From Candidatus Hodarchaeota archaeon (lineage in GTDB: Archaea > Asgardarchaeota > Heimdallarchaeia > Hodarchaeales > Hodarchaeaceae): DNA of 11,074 nt. How positions within the stretch are numbered: the first letter of the stretch is position 1; each line of letters opens with the position of its first letter. Location: contig JAEOTC010000174.1 of assembly GCA_016840035.1 (NCBI GenBank), positions 1-11,074 on the forward strand, in the 5' to 3' direction. The translations under genes and the position numbers were made by a program. Shown in pieces: positions 6,981 through 11,074 of this stretch. Under the pieces are notes generated by a model that was given only the letters and a program-made list of their open reading frames with translations, did not search any database and was not told where the DNA came from.

Positions 6981-8147
6981 ATGGTTGAATGCTCCAATTG
7001 CAATTCAGTTGTAAATAAAAGCGATATATTCTGTTCAAACTGTGGGTTAAACTTGCTTACAAATACTGTTGTCAGTCAAGCTAGAGAAGTAATTGATAAA
7101 CCAATGGATTTGGACATTGATTCAATAACACGATTTCAACGTTTAGAAGCGCAAATAGAGAGTTTACAAGATATTCCACAGGAACTTGGGCAGCAACGAA
7201 CCTATCTCAACAACATGAACAATTCTTTAACGACAGCACAGGGGAGATTGAGAGATCTTGCCGACCAACGAAAGAAAGAGCATCGGGATGTGGAAAAACT
7301 AGAAAAAATGAGTGTAACATCATTTATGGCCAGGGTAAAGGGGAAGAAAGAACAACAGTTAGAGAAAGAAAAACTCGAGTACTTTGATGCACTCAATAAA
7401 GAAGAAGCTGCAGCAAAAGAAACTCAAAAATTAACGACATTAATCACTCAAACTCAAGAACAGGTTAATCAACTTGAAGACTTGGTACGAGAGAAAAGAA
7501 ATCTTGAAAAGGAACTAAAAGAGCTGATTCATGAAGTATGCGAAGGTGTAGCTGATCCAATCGAAGATAAAATCGAAAAACGATTGGTAAGCCTAGAAAA
7601 TGAAATCGGCCCTATAACAAATCATCGTTCACGAATATTTCGTGCTAAAAACCATTTAGAGCACGCTATCGACGACTTGAACTTTGCATTGAATGCTCTA
7701 AACAGTGCCTCGGGATATTCAACGTGGGACACTTTCTTTGGTGGAGGAATGTTTGTAGATTCGATTAAACATTCAAAAATGTCTGAAGCACGAAATCGAG
7801 TTCATAATGCTCAATACAGTCTTCAACAAGCTAGACATGAATATCCGGACATGCCCTATTTAGGTGGAGCTCATGTCGAAGAATTATCGTTTTTCTGGGA
7901 TGGTTTTATGGATAATATTTTTTCTGATTTTTCCTCAAGAGGTAAAATCCATAAATCCAGAGATTCCGTTCGTCAAGCATTGCATGACGCTTCCAATGCA
8001 TTAAATTGGCTAGAAACCAAACTAAACAACGTTAATCAGCAATTCACCAATCTCAATCAACAGATTGAAGAAAGGAGAAAGGATTTATTTGTTGAACGGA
8101 AAAGAATGATTTCGGACGCGATCACAAAACAGAAAGCTGGCAGCTGA
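6981..8147 (+). CDS. Zinc-ribbon + long coiled-coil protein of unknown function
   Basis: N-terminal CSNC-x10-CSNCG zinc ribbon and extensive heptad helices. Distinctive segments SGYSTWDTFFGGGMFVDSIKHSK and SFFWDGFMDNIFSD. GGAG at 6966-6969. Confidence 0.85.
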   Translation: MVECSNCNSVVNKSDIFCSNCGLNLLTNTVVSQAREVIDKPMDLDIDSITRFQRLEAQIESLQDIPQELGQQRTYLNNMNNSLTTAQGRLRDLADQRKKEHRDVEKLEKMSVTSFMARVKGKKEQQLEKEKLEYFDALNKEEAAAKETQKLTTLITQTQEQVNQLEDLVREKRNLEKELKELIHEVCEGVADPIEDKIEKRLVSLENEIGPITNHRSRIFRAKNHLEHAIDDLNFALNALNSASGYSTWDTFFGGGMFVDSIKHSKMSEARNRVHNAQYSLQQARHEYPDMPYLGGAHVEELSFFWDGFMDNIFSDFSSRGKIHKSRDSVRQALHDASNALNWLETKLNNVNQQFTNLNQQIEERRKDLFVERKRMISDAITKQKAGS

Positions 8148-8148
8148 C

Positions 8149-8173
8149 TTATTCTTTAGGAATAATTTCTTTC
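8149..8173 (+). terminator. Weak hairpin plus T-rich tract just after the + strand gene cluster, overlapping the end of the convergent GNAT gene
   Basis: TTATTC-tttag-GAATAA followed by TTTCTTTC, beginning just after TGA 8145-8147. The stem is AT-rich and weak. Confidence 0.25.
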
Positions 8174-8706
8174 ATGCTCTTCCAGTCTTCCATTAATAAA
8201 TCCATCATCAGATCGTCTAAGAAAACACCATCTATATAATCCGCTTTCCTCCGGTAACCAATTTTATTGAAACCTAGATTCTTATAACAGGCAATCGCTC
8301 GCTGGTTGTTTGCAAATACCTTTAATTCCAGACTTAACAGGTTTAATGTAGTAAAAGCATAATCAATCATTAATACCAACGATTCTGTTCCCAAACCTCT
8401 GTTTCTATAATTTGGATTGAATATTCCAATACTAATATCTGCTCTCCTGCTGATATTGTTCAAAATTTTTAATTGTGTATATCCAATTATCTTATCTTCG
8501 TCTTTCACTTCTATAGCGAATGTGTAAGCTTTTCCTTGTCTTCTCTCTTCCCATGTTTTACGAATCCATTCTAGGCATTCTTCCTTTGATTGTGGATTTA
8601 TTCGACCACTATAGTTCAGGAATTTCATATCATTTATGTTAACAAGTATTTCATCTGCATCTCCCAGATCCAACCCTCGTAAAGTCACATGTTTTCCAAC
8701 AATCAA
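8149..8706 (-). CDS. GNAT N-acetyltransferase, RimJ/RimL / SpeG-like
   Basis: VTLRGL start, IIGY, acetyl-CoA binding motif A YRNRGLGTE, YAFTTLNL..LEL.VFANNQRAIACYKNLGF..G..R, and DG.FLD..MM.LL..DW end. The TTG start overlaps the upstream stop (TTGA). Confidence 0.92.
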   Translation of the reverse strand: MIVGKHVTLRGLDLGDADEILVNINDMKFLNYSGRINPQSKEECLEWIRKTWEERRQGKAYTFAIEVKDEDKIIGYTQLKILNNISRRADISIGIFNPNYRNRGLGTESLVLMIDYAFTTLNLLSLELKVFANNQRAIACYKNLGFNKIGYRRKADYIDGVFLDDLMMDLLMEDWKSMKEIIPKE

Positions 8707-9668
8707 ACTAATCTTCCTGCCTCTTTCAACACATAGAGCGCATCTACAGTTACAAACTCATTCATACGATTCTTACTTATACCGCCCCAATTCACTAGCG
8801 ACCGTCCACTTCTTTTGATATTTGGAGTAACTTGATAATACTTTTTCTCGGCAGGAAAACCACCATTTGGGAGCTGTTTTGATTCTAATAAATCCAAGGC
8901 ATCATTACATCGATCATCGCTAATAAAACCTCCCTCAACCATTACTTTAAGCCCAAATAGAATGTCGTAATGCCAATAGCAGGGATAGTGAAGTTTAATA
9001 AAATCTTCTTTAATCGTCCTTCCATCTTTCTGTCGTTTGTACATTTTTCTCTTCAGGAAAATTTCTGCAGCAGATCTTGCGATGTCACGAGAACGTGTAT
9101 TGTTCGTTATTTCGGCATGGAGAGCTAAAGCTCTTAGAGGAATGAGTGATTCCATAAAAGAGGAGTGGATGGCCTTAGGATTCTTATCACAATTCCATCC
9201 CCCATCAGGCCACTGCCATTGATGAAGTCTTCTTACTAGCTCTTCAGTTCTATCGTCAGCTAATCCTAAGGATAGAGTGGAGAAAATAGCATTACCTTCT
9301 TGAGAAGCACATCTTCTAACTCGTCCATCAACGGATTTTATTCTTTTTTCATGATCTTTTGATAACAGCCAATCATAGATTTGTTCTCTCAAAGGAATTA
9401 GAGTCTCATCACCAGGTGGATATCCAATATCCGCTAGGCTTGTTAATACCCAATGAGCACCAGACCACTTTTTATAGGCATGAAATACAATCTTTCTGTT
9501 CTTATCTCTCTCGGAAAGAAGCTGTTTCACCCTCTGAGAGGATTTTATTTCTTGACGAAGCTTTCTGATTTGGTCTGATTCTAAAGATTCTCCTAAAATG
9601 TTTACCTTGACTTTTAATCGTATTGATGGTTCATTAGATTTGACAAGTTGATTAATTATACTATTCAT
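8703..9668 (-). CDS. Uncharacterised alpha/alpha-toroid protein with QW-like motifs (prenyltransferase/squalene-cyclase repeat superfamily)
   Basis: QWPDGGWNC and KQLPNGGFP QW-like repeats, YPCYWHYDILFGL, helical composition. Start moved from TTG 9695 to ATG 9668 because GGAG (9680-9677) lies 8 nt upstream of it. No DXDD motif. Confidence 0.65.
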   Translation of the reverse strand: MNSIINQLVKSNEPSIRLKVKVNILGESLESDQIRKLRQEIKSSQRVKQLLSERDKNRKIVFHAYKKWSGAHWVLTSLADIGYPPGDETLIPLREQIYDWLLSKDHEKRIKSVDGRVRRCASQEGNAIFSTLSLGLADDRTEELVRRLHQWQWPDGGWNCDKNPKAIHSSFMESLIPLRALALHAEITNNTRSRDIARSAAEIFLKRKMYKRQKDGRTIKEDFIKLHYPCYWHYDILFGLKVMVEGGFISDDRCNDALDLLESKQLPNGGFPAEKKYYQVTPNIKRSGRSLVNWGGISKNRMNEFVTVDALYVLKEAGRLV

Positions 9669-9707
9669 TTCAAATACTCCTGTGAAATACGTCAAAGCGA
9701 CTGAGGT

Positions 9708-10463
9708 TTAGAAAATTAGTGAAAGACATGTTAATGCGCCCTCGCATTTCTGAAACTCACTCATTGCTAAAGAAATCACTTCAAAACCAGCATCACGTAG
9801 TATGGTTTGTGTTTTTGGGAAATATTTGGGCATCAATACTGTATTATCTATTGTTAGCGTATTGGCTGCATAGCTTTCATCACTCGGAACAACTAGAACA
9901 CTGAAATCTTTCAAGAAGGGGTGAGTAGCATAGGTTTCAGTTGCGATAATGAAGTTATTATCAAGATAAGTGATATAGCTTTTAAGATGTACAATGTTGG
10001 GATCAGTCCAATTTTCTACTAATATGCCAAGCCACTCTTCCATTTGATTAATACCTTCGGTATTTGTTCGCTGTGTTACTCCACAAATCAGACGATCCGA
10101 TAGATGAATGACATCCCCTCCTTCCAATGTCGCAGGTGTGACTGCTTTTTTCGTCTTCAGATAATTTTTTAAGACTGTTTCTACTGATAATTCTTCCCCA
10201 CGACGACTTTTGGCCCCCATTCGAGTAATGAATGCTTTCTTATTATGAATAACTGTAGTATCCTCCACAAAACAGGAATCAGGACGCTCATCGTCACGTG
10301 GTAAATGAATTACTTCTAAACCAAGCTCAACTAGGGTTTTGCAATAGTTATGATGTTGTTTTCTTGCAAGAGAGACATTAATTAAATTACGGTTAGAAAG
10401 AGAAGTGATGCATCTTGGAAAGGTGGTTCCTGGTTCTCGGACTAAGGCATGGTTTTGTTTCAT
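9708..10463 (-). CDS. Dimethylarginine dimethylaminohydrolase (DDAH)-family amidinohydrolase (pentein superfamily)
   Basis: ARKQH..Y, PDSCFVEDT, SRRGEE, LEGGDV, QRTN.EG, HLKS, YAAN and EFQKCEGALTCLS. The Cys/His/Glu catalytic residues are present, and 251 aa fits a prokaryotic DDAH rather than the larger arginine deiminase. Confidence 0.9.
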   Translation of the reverse strand: MKQNHALVREPGTTFPRCITSLSNRNLINVSLARKQHHNYCKTLVELGLEVIHLPRDDERPDSCFVEDTTVIHNKKAFITRMGAKSRRGEELSVETVLKNYLKTKKAVTPATLEGGDVIHLSDRLICGVTQRTNTEGINQMEEWLGILVENWTDPNIVHLKSYITYLDNNFIIATETYATHPFLKDFSVLVVPSDESYAANTLTIDNTVLMPKYFPKTQTILRDAGFEVISLAMSEFQKCEGALTCLSLIF

Positions 10464-10547
10464 ACTATTTTTCGTCCAATTGATATCTGTTCATATCTTT
10501 TTCATCTTTTCTTGGTATCTCGATTTATGCATTATTGGTTCTTAGTA

Positions 10548-10600
10548 TTTTTAAGTTTATCAATCCGAGTTACAACTTCCTATACTCAAAATACTTAAAG
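10548..10600. promoter_or_regulatory. Candidate back-to-back archaeal promoters (BRE+TATA) for the DDAH operon (-) and the prolyl oligopeptidase gene (+)
   Basis: Minus strand GATAAA-CTTAAAAA (10561-10548) and plus strand CAAAATA-CTTAAAG (10587-10600), in the 190-nt divergent gap. Confidence 0.45.
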
Positions 10601-10653
10601 CTAATAAAAGATTTTATGAATACTTGTTATTAGAATTAAAATCGTTGCCAGAG

Positions 10654-11074
10654 ATGATTGAATTGAAAAACGATCATGAAATTCGAGAAAACTATCCATC
10701 TACTAAGAAGGAAATAGTAACAGAGGACATTCATAGGGTGACTATTAAGGATCCTTTTCGCTGGATGGAAGATCCGGGGAAAAAAGAAGTAATCTCTTGG
10801 ATCGAAATCCAGAATCAAATTACTAGAGATGTTCTGGACGAAGTAGAAGAGAGGAAAACATTTCAAAACCGTTTGGAACAATTACAATATCGGGATGAGG
10901 TTTTAAAAGTTAAAGAAAGCGAATCTGGTTTATTTATTTTAAAAAAACAAACAGATAAAGAACAACCCGTTTTGTATTTTCGTGGAGGGGATCGGAACGC
11001 TGATACTGATAGGATATTAATTGATGTTAATGAGATAGACCCAACAGGTTTAACTTCATTAGATTATTTTTTTC
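10654..11074 (+). CDS. Prolyl oligopeptidase (S9A), N-terminal part, truncated by the window edge
   Basis: Not in the ORF track because there is no stop in the window. Manual translation gives MIELKNDHEIRENYPSTKKEIVTEDIHRVTIKDPFRWMEDPGKKEVISWIEIQNQITRDVL..EQPVLYFR..ILIDVNEIDPTGLTSLDYFF, matching the S9A N-terminal pattern YP.T....V...H...I.DPYRWLED......W...QN. The start could also be TTG 10663. Confidence 0.93.
   Translation, partial: MIELKNDHEIRENYPSTKKEIVTEDIHRVTIKDPFRWMEDPGKKEVISWIEIQNQITRDVLDEVEERKTFQNRLEQLQYRDEVLKVKESESGLFILKKQTDKEQPVLYFRGGDRNADTDRILIDVNEIDPTGLTSLDYFF

Noticed and set aside
6806-6988. 60-aa ORF bridging the nitroreductase and zinc-ribbon genes (including a 14-aa MKIEDLKRRFWNNG from ATG 6944)
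   Set aside because: Mostly an alternative frame of the nitroreductase. The downstream gene has its own GGAG, and nothing supports translation.
7202-9904. Short antisense ORFs 7202..7396, 8636..8818, 9037..9222, 9359..9568 and 9719..9904
   Set aside because: All are 60-69 aa, antisense to well-supported genes, and have no motifs.
10636-10881. 81-aa minus-strand ORF
   Set aside because: Antisense shadow of the prolyl oligopeptidase gene, which has clear family motifs on the + strand.
8149-11074. RiPP cluster interpretation (prolyl oligopeptidase as protease/macrocyclase, toroid as LanC, GNAT and deiminase as tailoring enzymes)
   Set aside because: No credible precursor peptide, dehydratase or exporter in the window, the toroid lacks LanC zinc motifs, and S9A peptidases are common housekeeping enzymes.
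1-11074. CRISPR arrays, tRNA/rRNA genes, transposases, terminal inverted repeats, recognisable defence systems
   Set aside because: None seen by eye. Intergenic gaps are all under about 200 nt and show no periodic repeats or cloverleaf motifs.

Overview
AT-rich, gene-dense prokaryotic window. It is probably archaeal, and the style of the surface protein suggests Asgard/Heimdallarchaeia, but that is inference only. The + strand carries the 3' end of an exonuclease III/AP endonuclease gene, a membrane-anchored surface protein (right-handed beta-helix plus two Ig/FN3-like domains), a very large DUF2339-like polytopic membrane protein with an N-terminal Cys4 zinc finger and an internal ~120-aa duplication, an NfsA-like nitroreductase, and a zinc-ribbon/coiled-coil protein of unknown function. 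These converge on a minus-strand three-gene operon: a DDAH-family amidinohydrolase, an uncharacterised QW-motif alpha/alpha-toroid protein and a RimJ/RimL/SpeG-type GNAT. That operon is divergently transcribed from a prolyl oligopeptidase gene that runs off the right edge. I see no tRNA, rRNA, CRISPR array or mobile element. The best candidates for undescribed biology are the surface protein + giant membrane protein pair, the DDAH-toroid-GNAT operon, and the zinc-ribbon coiled-coil protein.
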